From assembly GCA_963757755.1 (NCBI GenBank), contig CAVWTK010000007.1, positions 66,188 through 130,187 on the forward strand: DNA of 64,000 bases. Reading direction: 5' to 3'. The notes under the pieces are model-generated. The model saw nothing but the letters and a program-made list of their open reading frames with translations. It was not told the DNA's origin and ran no database searches. Positions 1 through 9,829 of the stretch are shown here, one piece after another. Origin of the DNA: an uncultured bacterium. Its GTDB lineage: Bacteria > Desulfobacterota > Binatia > HRBIN30 > CADEER01. A program made the translations under genes and the position numbers. How positions within the stretch are numbered: the stretch's first letter is position 1; each line of letters opens with the position of its first letter.

Positions 1-1
1 C

Positions 2-640
2 GGCGTCGAGACGGCCGTCGACCGGCTGCAGCCGGCGCTGGCCGGGGTGAGCGGGGCGGTCGCCCTCGAGGCCGCCTGGCGGGCGCTGATGGAGATCGCC
101 GGCGGCGCCGTCGACGCGCTGCGGCGCCGGCTCGCCGGCGAGGCGGTGGCGTACACGCCGGCGGCGGAGGCGGTGCGGCGCACCGAGCAGTTCCTCACCT
201 CGCTGTCGCTCGAGACCACCGACCTCGGCACCATCGCTCCGCGCCTGGTCCGCCTCTGCCACGCGATCGACCATCTCACCGAGCTCGACGACGATCTGAC
301 CCGCATCCCGCCGGCCGGCGAGTGGCAACCGCCGGCCGGCTTCGCTGCCGGTGCGCGCGCGCTGGCGAGTTGGGTCGCCGCTGCCCGCACCCCCGCGACG
401 GCGCCGGATGCGGGCGTTCTCACCGCCGTCGAGCGCGCCGCGCTGCAGTTGCGCGAGGAACGCGCGAGCGGACGCGAGCGGCTGCTGGAGGACATGGCCC
501 TGCAACGCACACCGGCGGGCAGCGCCCGCGCCGGTCTCGACGCCCTGGTCTGGGCCGACGGCGCGCTCTACCACGCCTGGCGGCTGGCCGAATCGTTGCA
601 GGTCGCAAGCGGAGGCGTGGATGCAGGGCGCCGCGACTGA
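2..640 (+). CDS. C-terminal part of a Na/Pi-cotransporter-like protein (PhoU-like helical tail); 5' end outside window
   Basis: The frame of ORF 47..640 stays open to the window edge (GVETAVDRLQPALAG...). The Ala/Leu/Arg-rich helical tail with RLCHAIDHLTELDDDL resembles PhoU-like C-termini of NptA-type transporters. By-eye similarity only. Confidence 0.3.
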   Translation, partial: GVETAVDRLQPALAGVSGAVALEAAWRALMEIAGGAVDALRRRLAGEAVAYTPAAEAVRRTEQFLTSLSLETTDLGTIAPRLVRLCHAIDHLTELDDDLTRIPPAGEWQPPAGFAAGARALASWVAAARTPATAPDAGVLTAVERAALQLREERASGRERLLEDMALQRTPAGSARAGLDALVWADGALYHAWRLAESLQVASGGVDAGRRD

Positions 641-749
641 GGCACCGTGGAGTGCGGCGCGTGAGCGCCGCTGTGTCGTCGCGCGGCGTGAGCCGCGCTG
701 ACGCGCGGCACCGACACGGCGGCGCTCACGCGCCGCACTCCACGGTGCC
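641..749. repeat. Long inverted repeat: 38-nt arms (641-678 / 712-749, one mismatch) and a 33-nt spacer holding its own small hairpin
   Basis: Read directly: ggcaccgtggagtgcggcgcgtgagcgccgctgtgtcg ... cgacacggcggcgctcacgcgccgcactccacggtgcc. It lies between convergent stop codons (640 and 783). No U-tract. Confidence 0.85.
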
Positions 750-782
750 TCGGTCGCGGCGCCCTCCAGAGCTTGTCGGGGT

Positions 783-3530
783 TCACGCCCCCGCTTCGAC
801 CGCGGTCACCGTGCGGCGCAGCGCCGGCGTCGAACGGATGATCAGCTTCTCGGCCTCGACGACGACGAAGAACACCACCCCGCCGGCGAGCAGCCAGGGC
901 CAGACCGACAGCGGCACCGCCTCGTTGTCGAACAGGCGCTGCAGCGGCGGCGCGTAGGTGAAAAGCAGCTGCAGGACCACGACGGCGCCGATGCCGAGCG
1001 GCAGGTAGGCGTTGCCGAGGTGGGCGCGGGGCGACAGCGACGAGTCGAGCAGGAAGCGGCTGTTCAGCAGGTAGAAGACCTGGCCGATGGTGATGGCGTT
1101 GACCGCCACGGTGCGCGCCAGCTGATCGGAGGCGCCGGAGCCCTTCATCCAGAAGAACGCCGACAGGGTGTAGGCGAGCAGCGCCAGGCCGACGAAGACG
1201 ACCCGCCAGATGCCGAAGCCGGTGAGGATCGGCCGGCCGACGGCGCGCGGTGGCCGGTCCATGACGTCGAGCTCGTGCGGCTCGAAGGAGATCACCAGGC
1301 CGAGCGCGACCGAGGTCACCATGTTCACCCACAGCACCTGCGGCGCCGTGATCGGCATGGTGAAGCCGAGGAAGATCGCCACCGCGATGACCAGCGCCTG
1401 GGCGACGTTGGTCGGCAGCATGAACAGGATCGCCTTCTCGATGTTGTTGTAGACCGTGCGCCCTTCCTTCACCGCCGCCGTGATCGAGGCGAAGTTGTCG
1501 TCGGCGAGGATCATCTCCGCCGCCTCCTTGGTCACCTCGGTACCCTTGATGCCCATGGCGACGCCGATGTCGGCCTTCTTCAGCGACGGCGCGTCGTTGA
1601 CCCCATCGCCGGTCATGGCGACGATCTGCTGGTTGGCCTGGATCGCCTTCACCAGGCGCAGTTTGTGCTCCGGGCTGGCGCGCGCGAACACGTCGACGTC
1701 GCGCACACGCTCCTGCAGCGTGGCGGTGTCCATCTCCTCGATCTCGGCCCCGGTGACGGCCGTCGTGCCGTCGCCGATGCCGAGCATCTTGGCGATCGCC
1801 GCGGCGGTGATCTTGTGATCGCCGGTGATCATGGTGACGCGGATGCCGCCGCGGTGGCACTCCGTCACCGCCTCGATGGCCTCCTTGCGCGGCGGGTCGA
1901 GCAGGCCGACCAGGCCGAGCAGCACCAGATGCTTGGGCAGGTCGGCGGGACCGAGGCTGCCGGCGGTGAGTCCCGGATTCTCCAGCCAGGCCAGCGCCAG
2001 CACGCGCTCGCCCTGCGCCGCGAGCTTGTCCGACGCGGCCTGGAAGTGGGCGCGATCGAGCGGCACCTGGCGTCCGTCCCGGGTCTGCTGGCGGTCGCAG
2101 TGCTCGAGGATCACCTCCGGCGCGCCCTTGGCGAACAGCACCCCGGCGCCGCCGGCGGGCCGGTGCAGGGTGGCCATGAAGCGGTGCTCGGATTCGAAGG
2201 GGATGGCGTCGATGCGCGGCGCGGCGGTCTGTTCGCCCTGGCGATCGAGGCCGATCTTGGTGCCGAACGGATAGAGCGCGCCCTCGGTGGGATCGCCCTC
2301 CACCTTCCAGGCGCCCTCGTGCTGGAACAGCTGGGCGTCGTTGCAGAGCATCGACACCCGCCCGAGCAGCGTCAGGACGGGGTCGTCGCCCGCCGCCGCG
2401 CCCTGCCGCGTGACGGCGCCCTCGGGAGCGTAGCCGTCGCCGGAGATCTGGTACTCGGCGTCGGCGGTGGCGGCGGAGACGACCATCATCTCCATCAGCG
2501 TCAGCGTCCCGGTCTTGTCGGAGCAGATGCGCGACACCGAGCCGAGGGTCTCGACCGCCGGCAGGCGGCGGATGATGGCGTGGCGCTGGGCCATGCGCTG
2601 GACGCCGATGGCGAGAGTGATGGTGATGATCGCCGGCAGGCCCTCCGGGATCACCGACACGGCGATGCCGGTCACCGCCTGGAAGAGGGGGACGAACTCC
2701 ATCCCCAGGATCCAGCGGCCGTAGGCGAAGACGACGACGCTGACGACGCCGATGACGGCGGTGATGGCGTAGCCGAACTGCTTGATCTGGCGCAGCAGCG
2801 GCGTCTCCAGCGAGCTGACGCCGGCGAGCAGCTGGTTGATGCGGCCGAGCTCGGTGTCGCTGCCGGTGGCCACGACGATGCCGGTGGCGCGGCCGGAGAC
2901 CACCATGGTGCCGGAGAAGGCCATGTTCTCGCGATCGCCGACGGTGGCCTTGGCGGAGACCGGATCGATCGACTTGTCGGCGGGCACCGACTCGCCGGTG
3001 AGCGCCGCCTCCTCGGTGCGCAGGTTCTTGATCTCGGTGAGGCGGAGGTCGGCCGGCACCTTGTCGCCGGACTCGAGCAGGACGACGTCGCCGGGCACCA
3101 TCTGCTCGGACGGGACCATGCGCGTCTCGCCGCCGCGCACGGTGCGGGCCTCGGCGGAGAGCATGTTGCGGATCGAGTCGAGCGCCTTCTCGGCACGCCC
3201 CTCCTGGATGAAGCCGAGCAGGCCGTTGAGGATCACGACGCCGAGGATGATCGACGCGTCGATCCACAGCCCGAGCATCAGCTTGGTGAAGCCGGCGCCG
3301 AGGAGGACGTAGACGAGGATGTTGTTGAACTGCGCCAGGAAGCGCGCCAGCGGCCCGCGCGGCTTGCCCTCCGGCAGGCGGTTCGGCCCGTATTTCGTCA
3401 GACGGTTGGCGGCCTCGCCGGCATCGAGGCCCCGCTGCACGTCGGTGGCGAGCCGGGTCACCACCTCGGTCGCGGCGAGGGCGTGCCAGGCGGTCTGTTC
3501 GGCGGCGGTCGTCGTCGCGGCGGCGTTCAT
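783..3530 (-). CDS. P-type cation-transporting ATPase (type II, Ca2+/Mg2+-ATPase-like), 915 aa
   Basis: Phosphorylation motif CSDKTGTLT, LTGESVP, hinge TGDGVNDAPSLKKADIGVAMG, and N- and C-terminal TM bundles. ATG 3530 is preceded by GAGGAGGGGAGGG. Confidence 0.95.
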   Translation of the reverse strand: MNAAATTTAAEQTAWHALAATEVVTRLATDVQRGLDAGEAANRLTKYGPNRLPEGKPRGPLARFLAQFNNILVYVLLGAGFTKLMLGLWIDASIILGVVILNGLLGFIQEGRAEKALDSIRNMLSAEARTVRGGETRMVPSEQMVPGDVVLLESGDKVPADLRLTEIKNLRTEEAALTGESVPADKSIDPVSAKATVGDRENMAFSGTMVVSGRATGIVVATGSDTELGRINQLLAGVSSLETPLLRQIKQFGYAITAVIGVVSVVVFAYGRWILGMEFVPLFQAVTGIAVSVIPEGLPAIITITLAIGVQRMAQRHAIIRRLPAVETLGSVSRICSDKTGTLTLMEMMVVSAATADAEYQISGDGYAPEGAVTRQGAAAGDDPVLTLLGRVSMLCNDAQLFQHEGAWKVEGDPTEGALYPFGTKIGLDRQGEQTAAPRIDAIPFESEHRFMATLHRPAGGAGVLFAKGAPEVILEHCDRQQTRDGRQVPLDRAHFQAASDKLAAQGERVLALAWLENPGLTAGSLGPADLPKHLVLLGLVGLLDPPRKEAIEAVTECHRGGIRVTMITGDHKITAAAIAKMLGIGDGTTAVTGAEIEEMDTATLQERVRDVDVFARASPEHKLRLVKAIQANQQIVAMTGDGVNDAPSLKKADIGVAMGIKGTEVTKEAAEMILADDNFASITAAVKEGRTVYNNIEKAILFMLPTNVAQALVIAVAIFLGFTMPITAPQVLWVNMVTSVALGLVISFEPHELDVMDRPPRAVGRPILTGFGIWRVVFVGLALLAYTLSAFFWMKGSGASDQLARTVAVNAITIGQVFYLLNSRFLLDSSLSPRAHLGNAYLPLGIGAVVVLQLLFTYAPPLQRLFDNEAVPLSVWPWLLAGGVVFFVVVEAEKLIIRSTPALRRTVTAVEAGA

Positions 3531-3546
3531 GTGCGCCCTCCCCTCC

Positions 3547-4341
3547 TCAGTAGCGGTCTTTGACGAAGTGCCGGCCCTTCAGCGTCGCCCGGTCGTCGTA
3601 GGCGTGGCGGGTGGCGCGCTTCGGAATCTTCACCTTCTGCGGCGGCAGCTTCTGGTACGGGATCAGGCCGAGCAGGTGGCTGATGCAGTTGAGGCGCGCC
3701 CGGCGCTTGTCGTCGGCGGGCACGATGTACCAGGGGGCGATCTTGGTGTCGGTGGCCGCCAGCATGAGGTCGCGCGCCTTCGAGTACTCGAACCAGCGGC
3801 TGCGCGAGTAGAGGTCGGTCGGGCTGAGCTTCCACTGACGCACCGGGTCGGTGATGCGTGCGGCGAAGCGCCGCTTCTGTTCGTCCTCGCTGACCTCGAG
3901 CCAGAACTTGATGAGCACGATGCCGTCGTCGACGATGTACTGCTCGAACTCCGGGCAGACCGCGAGAAAGCGCCGGTGCTGCGCCTTCGAGCAGAAGCCG
4001 AGGACGTACTCGACACCGGCGCGGTTGTACCAACTGCGGTCGAAGATCACGACCTCGCCGGCCGCCGGCGCGTGCTGGAGGAAGCGCTGCATGTAGAGCT
4101 GCGACTTCTCGCGGTCCGACGGCGCCGGCAGCGCCACGACGCGGAACACGCGCGGGCTGACGCGCTCGGTGATCGCCTTGATCGTGCCGCCCTTGCCGGC
4201 GGCGTCGCGCCCCTCGAAGACGATGATGACGCGCAGCCCCTTCGCCTTCACCCACTCCTGCAGCTTGCAGAGCTCGGCCTGCAGGTCGCGCAGCGCCTTC
4301 TCGTAGTCCTTGCGCTTCATCGGTTCGTCCTTGGTTCGCAT
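3547..4341 (-). CDS. ppk2: Polyphosphate kinase 2 (single-domain PPK2), 264 aa
   Basis: ORF 3547..4470 trimmed to ATG 4341, which follows GAGGAG. Motifs: FEGRDAAGKGG (Walker A-like), FDRSWYNRAGVE, WKLSPTDL. Its stop is 16 nt upstream of the ATPase start, so the two are probably co-transcribed. Confidence 0.9.
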   Translation of the reverse strand: MRTKDEPMKRKDYEKALRDLQAELCKLQEWVKAKGLRVIIVFEGRDAAGKGGTIKAITERVSPRVFRVVALPAPSDREKSQLYMQRFLQHAPAAGEVVIFDRSWYNRAGVEYVLGFCSKAQHRRFLAVCPEFEQYIVDDGIVLIKFWLEVSEDEQKRRFAARITDPVRQWKLSPTDLYSRSRWFEYSKARDLMLAATDTKIAPWYIVPADDKRRARLNCISHLLGLIPYQKLPPQKVKIPKRATRHAYDDRATLKGRHFVKDRY

Positions 4342-4556
4342 CGGCTCCTCGCGGTTGGTTGGGAGACGCCCCCTCCTAGTGCACGGGCGCGCGGGTGTCA
4401 CGAGATCGCTGCGCCGGGCCCCACGCCATCGCGGCAGCGTTTGGGGCGCGCTTCCGCGCGGCCGTCTCACCGAGAGCTCGGCGCCACGGCGCCGCGGGAG
4501 CGGCGCCCTCCAACGCTGCTCGTCCGGCGCTGTACTTTTGTCTCGGTTCCGACCAA

Positions 4557-5213
4557 ATGGGCCGCGCCATGCATCCGCACGTCGACATCGGCGACTTCCT
4601 GCAGGCGACGATCGCCCTGATCGCGATCGCCAATCCGTTCGCGGCGCTGCCGGTCTTCCTCTCGCTGGTGCCCGGGCACGAGGCCAAGGTCCAGCGCCTG
4701 GCGGCGAACCGGGTGGCCCTGGCGGTGTTCGCCATCCTCGCCGGGGCGGTGCTGGTCGGCCGCTTCGTGCTGCAGCTGTTCGGCATCTCCTTCGGCGCCT
4801 TCCGGGTCGGCGGTGGCCTGGTGGTGACCCTCACCGGGCTCGACATGCTGCGCCGGCAGGCACCGGAGCGCGCTGAGGATCCGGCGACGGCGTTGAGCGC
4901 CGCCGACCAGCTCATCGTGCCGGTGGCGATGCCGCTCATCGCCGGTCCCGGCACCATCATCACCGCCATGACGCTGGCGGCGCGGGCGCGGGTCAACGGC
5001 TTGCCGTGGATGGTGTTGGTCGCCGTCGCGGTCACCGCCGCGGCGGTGTGGCTGGTGCTGGCGATGTCGGGCTGGATGCAGCAGCGGCTCGGGGCGCGCG
5101 GCCAGGCGATCGTCGTCCGCTTCATGGGGCTGGTGCTGGTCGCCGTCGGCGCCCAGCTGGTGCTCGGTGGGGTCAGCGAGTTCTTCGGCCTCGGCGGTGC
5201 CGGTGCGCACTGA
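4557..5213 (+). CDS. MarC-family integral membrane protein, 218 aa
   Basis: ORF 4395..5213 trimmed to ATG 4557. FLQATIALIAIANPFAALPVFLSL and the multi-TM profile are typical of the MarC/UPF0056 family. Confidence 0.8.
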   Translation: MGRAMHPHVDIGDFLQATIALIAIANPFAALPVFLSLVPGHEAKVQRLAANRVALAVFAILAGAVLVGRFVLQLFGISFGAFRVGGGLVVTLTGLDMLRRQAPERAEDPATALSAADQLIVPVAMPLIAGPGTIITAMTLAARARVNGLPWMVLVAVAVTAAAVWLVLAMSGWMQQRLGARGQAIVVRFMGLVLVAVGAQLVLGGVSEFFGLGGAGAH

Positions 5214-5226
5214 GGCGGCGCGGGCG

Positions 5227-5476
5227 ATGCCGCGCGCGCTCCTCCGCTGGCGATCCTCGCCGCGCTCGCCGGCTGCGCGCAGGGTGCAGCGGGCGACTGG
5301 TCGACGTCCAGGCCCCGGGCCGAGGTGCTGCAGCGCGAGACCTTCGCGCCGATCTTCCCCGACGCGATCGAGCCGCGAACCGCGGCAGCTGGGCGCTCAA
5401 CGACTTCTTCATCGTCTGGGTCGTCAACCCGCTCGGCCGCGCCTACCGCTCCGAGCGGCAGGGGACGCGACCGTAG
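5227..5476 (+). pseudogene. MlaA/VacJ-like lipoprotein remnant (N-terminal ~80 codons, two frame breaks, premature stop)
   Basis: Three frames concatenate to MPRALLR / LAILAALAGCAQG...LQRETFAPIFPDAIEPR / NRGSWALNDFFIVWVVNPLGRAYRSE. That gives a lipobox plus the DP.EP.NR....ND....V..P.ARGYR signature of MlaA. It then stops at 5474-5476. Confidence 0.4.
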
Positions 5477-5486
5477 TCTCCGGCCT

Positions 5487-5514
5487 CCTCTCCCGCATGC
5501 ACGTGCGGGAGAGG
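5487..5514 (+). terminator. Stem-loop (11-bp stem, 6-nt loop) just after the MlaA-like remnant
   Basis: cctctcccgca tgcacg tgcgggagagg read directly. There is no T-tract, so terminator function is uncertain. Confidence 0.3.
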
Positions 5515-5832
5515 ATTGAGGTGAGGGTCCCGCTCGCTGTCGCCGTCGGACTCCGAAACGGACACGTGCCGTTGGCGCGGCGCAGAACGCGTTACAGCAC
5601 GGTTAAAAATATTCGGATAGACCTTTCGCCCTCTTGCAGGCTCGACAGTGCATGGTACTGAAACGCATCCAGGTGCGGCTCGAGGAGGGTGAAGGGCCGC
5701 GGTCGGTCACCTTCACAATGCGCCGGACAGACGAGATGGGCAGATCTCGAACAGAGGGAGAAGCGGCATGACCTCATCGGACCACTCGGCACGGCAGCCC
5801 GCACGTGCGGTCATCGGCGTGCGGGGAGCGGC

Positions 5833-7272
5833 GTGACCTCCGGAGCGGATCAGGCGACGCAGAAGCTACCCCTGCGCACGCTCACGGCCATGGTGGTCGG
5901 CGGCATGGTCGGCGCCGGGGTGTTTTCGATCCCGCGCAACTTCGCCCAGGCCACCGGCGTCTACGGCGCCCTCATCGCCTGGGCCATCGCCGGCGCCGGC
6001 ATGCTGATGCTGGCGTTCGTCTTCCAGACGCTCGCCAACCGCAAGCCGGACCTCGACGCGGGCGTCTACGCCTACGCGCGCGAGGGCTTCGGACCGTACC
6101 TCGGCTTCTTCTCCGCCTTCGGCTACTGGGCCAGCGCCTGCGTCGGCAACGTCTCGTACTGGGTCCTGATCAAGTCCACGCTCGGCGCCGTCTTTCCCGC
6201 CCTCGGCGAAGGCAACACGCTACTCTCGGTGGCGCTCTCGTCGGTCGGCATCTGGGCCTTCCACTTCCTGGTGCTGCGCGGCGTGAAAGAAGCGGCGTCG
6301 ATCAACCGGATCGTCACCATCGCCAAGATCATCCCGCTGCTGCTGTTCCTGGTGTTGGTGGTCTTCGCCCTCAAGCCCGATGTGTTCGCCGCCAACCTCT
6401 GGGGCGGCGAGGGCGCGGGCTATGGCAGCCTGTTCGGACAGGTGAAGTCGACGATGCTGGTGACCGTTTTCGTCTTCCTCGGCATCGAGGGCGCCAGCAA
6501 CTACTCGCGCTTCGCGCAGAAGCGCTCGGACGTCGGCATCGCCACGGTCACCGGCTTCCTCGGCGTGCTGGCGCTGTTCGCCTCGGTATCGATTCTGTCG
6601 TTCGGTATCCTGCCGCGCGCCGAGCTGGCGCAGCTGCGCCAGCCCTCGGTCGGCAGCGTGCTCGAGGCCGTGGTCGGTCCGTGGGGGGCCGTGTTCATCG
6701 GCCTCGGCCTGATCGTCTCGGTGTTGGGCGCCTACCTGGCGTGGACGCTGATGTCCGCCGAGGTCCTGTCGATCGCGGCCAAGAAGAACGACATGCCGGC
6801 CTTCCTGGCGCGCGAGAACGCCAACGGGGTCCCCGCGCCGGCATTGCTGATGACCTCGTCGCTGATTCAGCTGGTGCTGATCGCGACGCTGTTCTCCGAC
6901 GATGCGTTCACCTTCGCGCTGTCGCTGTGCAGCCACCTGTCGCTGCTGCCCTATTTCCTCACGGCGGCCTTCGCGCTGAAGCTGGCGCTCAACCGCGAGA
7001 CCTATGAGAAGGACCCCGGCGACGTCGGCAAGGACACGCTGATCGCGGGCCTGGCGATCGTCTACACGATCTTCCTGCTGTTCGCCGCCGGGATGAAGTT
7101 CCTGTTGCTCGGGTTCATCGTCTACGCGCCGGGGACGCTCCTCTACTTCATGACGCGACGCGAGCAGGGCAAGCAGCTCTTCTCGCCGGCCGAGTGGCTG
7201 CTGTTCGGCGTCGCCGTCGCCGGCGCCGTCATCGGCATCCACGGGCTCGTCACCGGCTACATCACAATCTAA
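5833..7272 (+). CDS. arcD: Arginine/ornithine antiporter (APC superfamily), 479 aa
   Basis: ORF 5689..7272 trimmed to GTG 5833, which follows [31 protein letters not shown] and [23 protein letters not shown] are ArcD-like, and arginine deiminase follows directly. Confidence 0.85.
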   Translation: MTSGADQATQKLPLRTLTAMVVGGMVGAGVFSIPRNFAQATGVYGALIAWAIAGAGMLMLAFVFQTLANRKPDLDAGVYAYAREGFGPYLGFFSAFGYWASACVGNVSYWVLIKSTLGAVFPALGEGNTLLSVALSSVGIWAFHFLVLRGVKEAASINRIVTIAKIIPLLLFLVLVVFALKPDVFAANLWGGEGAGYGSLFGQVKSTMLVTVFVFLGIEGASNYSRFAQKRSDVGIATVTGFLGVLALFASVSILSFGILPRAELAQLRQPSVGSVLEAVVGPWGAVFIGLGLIVSVLGAYLAWTLMSAEVLSIAAKKNDMPAFLARENANGVPAPALLMTSSLIQLVLIATLFSDDAFTFALSLCSHLSLLPYFLTAAFALKLALNRETYEKDPGDVGKDTLIAGLAIVYTIFLLFAAGMKFLLLGFIVYAPGTLLYFMTRREQGKQLFSPAEWLLFGVAVAGAVIGIHGLVTGYITI

Positions 7273-7289
7273 CGACACGGAGATTCATC

Positions 7290-8543
7290 ATGGCGAAAGA
7301 TCAAGAGACGAAGTACGGCGTTCACTCGGAAGTCGGCCAGCTGCGCAAGGTCATGGTCTGCGCGCCCGGCCGCGCCCACCAGCGGCTGACGCCCAGCAAC
7401 TGCGACGCGTTGCTGTTCGACGACGTGCTGTGGGTCGAGAACGCCAAGCGCGACCACTTCGACTTCATGACCAAGATGCGCGACCGCGGCATCGAAGTGG
7501 TCGAGATGCACAACCTGCTCGCCGAGACGGTGGCCCTCCCCGAGGCGCGCAAGTGGATCATCGAGAACCAGGTCGTGCCGAACCAGGTCGGCCTCGGCCT
7601 GGTCGACGAGATCCGGAGCTACCTCAACGGCCTGTCCGATCGCGACCTCGCCGAGACGCTGATCGGCGGCCTCTCGACGCACGAGTTCCCCGAGACGCAC
7701 GGCGGCAAGGCGATCGAAATCGTGCGCGAGGCGGCGGGCGAGACCGAGTACCTGCTGCCGCCGCTCCCCAACACGCTCTACACGCGCGACACCACCTGCT
7801 GGATCTACGGCGGCGTGACCGTCAACCCGTTGTACTGGCCGGCGCGCCACGAGGAGACGATCCTCACCAGCTCGATCTACAAGTTCCACCCCGACTTCGC
7901 CGGCAAGGTGAACATCTGGTGGGGCGACCCGACGGCGGACCACGGCCTGGCCACCCTCGAGGGCGGCGACGTCATGCCGATCGGCAAGGGCAACGTCCTC
8001 ATCGGCATGAGCGAGCGCACCTCGCGGCAGGCGATCAGCCAGGTGGCCGCGGCGCTCTTCAAGAAGGGCGCCGCCGAGCGCGTCATCGTCGCGGCGATGC
8101 CGAAGCTGCGCGCCGCGATGCACCTCGACACCATCTTCACCTTCGCCGATCGCGACTGCGTCCTCCTCTACCCCGACATCGTCAACCACATCACCGCCTA
8201 TTCCTACCGGCCGAGCAACCATGCGAGCGGCGTCGAGCTGCACAAAGACGAGAAGCCGTTCGTGCAGACGGTGGCGGACGCGCTGGGCGTGAAAAAGATG
8301 CGCGTCGTCGAGACCGGCGGCAACGCCTACATGCGCGAGCGCACCCAGTGGGACTCCGGCGCCAACCTGGTCTGCGCCTCGCCGGGCGTGGTGTACGCGT
8401 ACGACCGCAACACCTACACCAATACCCTGCTGCGCAAGGAGGGCATCGAGGTGATCACCATCGTCGGCGCCGAGCTGGGTCGCGGGCGCGGCGGCGGGCA
8501 CTGCATGACCTGCCCGATCATCCGCGACGCCGTCGACTTCTGA
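7290..8543 (+). CDS. arcA: Arginine deiminase, 417 aa
   Basis: ORF 7194..8543 trimmed to ATG 7290. Starts [19 protein letters not shown] and carries the C-terminal catalytic-Cys motif [11 protein letters not shown]. Confidence 0.95.
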   Translation: MAKDQETKYGVHSEVGQLRKVMVCAPGRAHQRLTPSNCDALLFDDVLWVENAKRDHFDFMTKMRDRGIEVVEMHNLLAETVALPEARKWIIENQVVPNQVGLGLVDEIRSYLNGLSDRDLAETLIGGLSTHEFPETHGGKAIEIVREAAGETEYLLPPLPNTLYTRDTTCWIYGGVTVNPLYWPARHEETILTSSIYKFHPDFAGKVNIWWGDPTADHGLATLEGGDVMPIGKGNVLIGMSERTSRQAISQVAAALFKKGAAERVIVAAMPKLRAAMHLDTIFTFADRDCVLLYPDIVNHITAYSYRPSNHASGVELHKDEKPFVQTVADALGVKKMRVVETGGNAYMRERTQWDSGANLVCASPGVVYAYDRNTYTNTLLRKEGIEVITIVGAELGRGRGGGHCMTCPIIRDAVDF

Positions 8544-8583
8544 GCGATCGCCCAACCGGAGCCGTGAACGAGAGAAGGTGCCG

Positions 8584-9423
8584 ATGCGACGGGTCGCCCT
8601 GACACTGCTGCTCATCCTCTTCGCCTCGGTCGCGGCGGCGGAGCAGGACGGGTTCCTCAATCGCGACCAGACGTCGCCGGCCCAGACCTACCTGCAGAGC
8701 GACGGCGCCGTCGTCGGCGACACGACGGCGGACAGTCCGTGGGACACCTGGACCGGCGACGCGCCGCCGGCGAAGGCCTTCGAGATGCCCGGCATCTGGC
8801 CGATCCTGCAGACGGCTCCGGAGCTCCAGACCCTCGTCGCCGGTCCGACGTTCCGCAACCAGAAGAACCGCATCGAGCTCGGCGCCGGGTTCGCCTACAT
8901 CAACTCGCGCTGGCGCTTCCCCTTCGAGCTCAGCTGCGAGCCGACGTGGCGGCGCAACAAGAACGCCGACCCCGACAACCGCTACTTCAGCCGCGTCCGC
9001 ACGTTCGCGCTCGTCGACTGGTGGAGCCGCGCCAGCGACTGGGAGTCGACCTCGTTTGCCACCACGGCCTTCTACGACACCCAGAACAAGTCGTTCGACA
9101 CGCTCCAGTTCGGCGTCGCGGTGACGCAGATGGTCGGCCGGCGCTTGGCGATCTCCGGCAACCTCGACTGGGGCGGCGAGTGGGCCAACGGCGCCAAGTT
9201 CAACAATGCGGCGATCGGCTCGATCGGCGCCTCGTACAACCTCGGCGCCGGGGCGCGCTTCGGCGGCTTCTACGAGCCCGACAACAATCTCTTCCACGAC
9301 AACGACTTCGGCGGCTTCGTCTCGTACCAGCTGCTGCCGTTCGCCGAGCTCGCGGTCAACGCCGGCAAGCACGAGTTCGTCGCGGTCCGCCTGATGTTCA
9401 CCTATGCGCTGGAGCGCGGGTAG
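8584..9423 (+). CDS. Secreted protein with signal peptide, possibly an outer-membrane beta-barrel, 279 aa
   Basis: Signal peptide MRRVALTLLLILFASVAAAE, followed by alternating aromatic/Gly-rich strand-like segments (GAGFAYINSRW, FGVAVTQMVG, GASYNLGAGARFGGFYE). No family recognised. Confidence 0.5.
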   Translation: MRRVALTLLLILFASVAAAEQDGFLNRDQTSPAQTYLQSDGAVVGDTTADSPWDTWTGDAPPAKAFEMPGIWPILQTAPELQTLVAGPTFRNQKNRIELGAGFAYINSRWRFPFELSCEPTWRRNKNADPDNRYFSRVRTFALVDWWSRASDWESTSFATTAFYDTQNKSFDTLQFGVAVTQMVGRRLAISGNLDWGGEWANGAKFNNAAIGSIGASYNLGAGARFGGFYEPDNNLFHDNDFGGFVSYQLLPFAELAVNAGKHEFVAVRLMFTYALERG

Positions 9424-9592
9424 CACGGTCGCGCTGCTCCTCCTGGTCGCCGCCGCGCGCCTCGCCGCCGCCGGCGAGAGCTTCCTCGATCGCAACCTCG
9501 GCGTGCACGACGCGATCCCGTACGGACGGGAACCGCCCACGCCGCGGGACACGCCGACGCCGAGCGCGACCCCGATGAATGCGCCGCGCTAG
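9404..9592 (+). CDS. Small hypothetical secreted protein, 62 aa
   Basis: Signal-like N-terminus (STVALLLLVAAARLAAAG). Overlaps the upstream stop by 20 nt. No homology recognised. Confidence 0.25.
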   Translation: MRWSAGSTVALLLLVAAARLAAAGESFLDRNLGVHDAIPYGREPPTPRDTPTPSATPMNAPR

Positions 9593-9665
9593 AGATGCGG
9601 GCGAGCCGCGCGTGCATGAAAGGCAGCCGGCCGGGAGCGCGGGCGGCTCGCCCGCATCTCTAGCG
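9587..9665. repeat. Perfect 23-nt-arm inverted repeat with a 33-nt spacer
   Basis: cgctagagatgcgggcgagccgc ... gcggctcgcccgcatctctagcg read directly. It lies between convergent genes (ends at 9592 and 9830). Confidence 0.85.
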
Positions 9666-9829
9666 CGACCGCGACCGGGAATCGGCAGAGGGGGGATGGC
9701 ATGGCGTCGCCATGCCAAGCCCCTCCCGGCGACGGTCGCGGACGACATCACCGACCGACGTAGTCTATCGGATCCGACCAGCGCGGACCGGCCGCGCGGG
9801 AGCGCGGCCCCATTCGGTGGCCGACCGAA

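Noticed and set aside
568-3563. Very long ORFs antisense to, or out of frame with, the P-type ATPase gene (568..3267 minus, 1020..3563 plus). Similar shadow ORFs occur across the window (e.g. 6220..7278, 7269..8660, 18816..21323, 27852..29708, 33782..35437, 52160..53608).
   Set aside because: Their translations are Arg/Pro/Gly/His-rich low-complexity strings, typical of stop-poor alternative frames in high-GC DNA. Each overlaps a frame with clear family motifs.
5590-5630. AT-rich patch (ggttaaaaatattcggata) upstream of arcD as an ArgR or Anr/FNR box.
   Set aside because: It matches neither the ARG-box palindrome nor TTGAT-N4-ATCAA well. It may simply be a promoter UP or -10 region.
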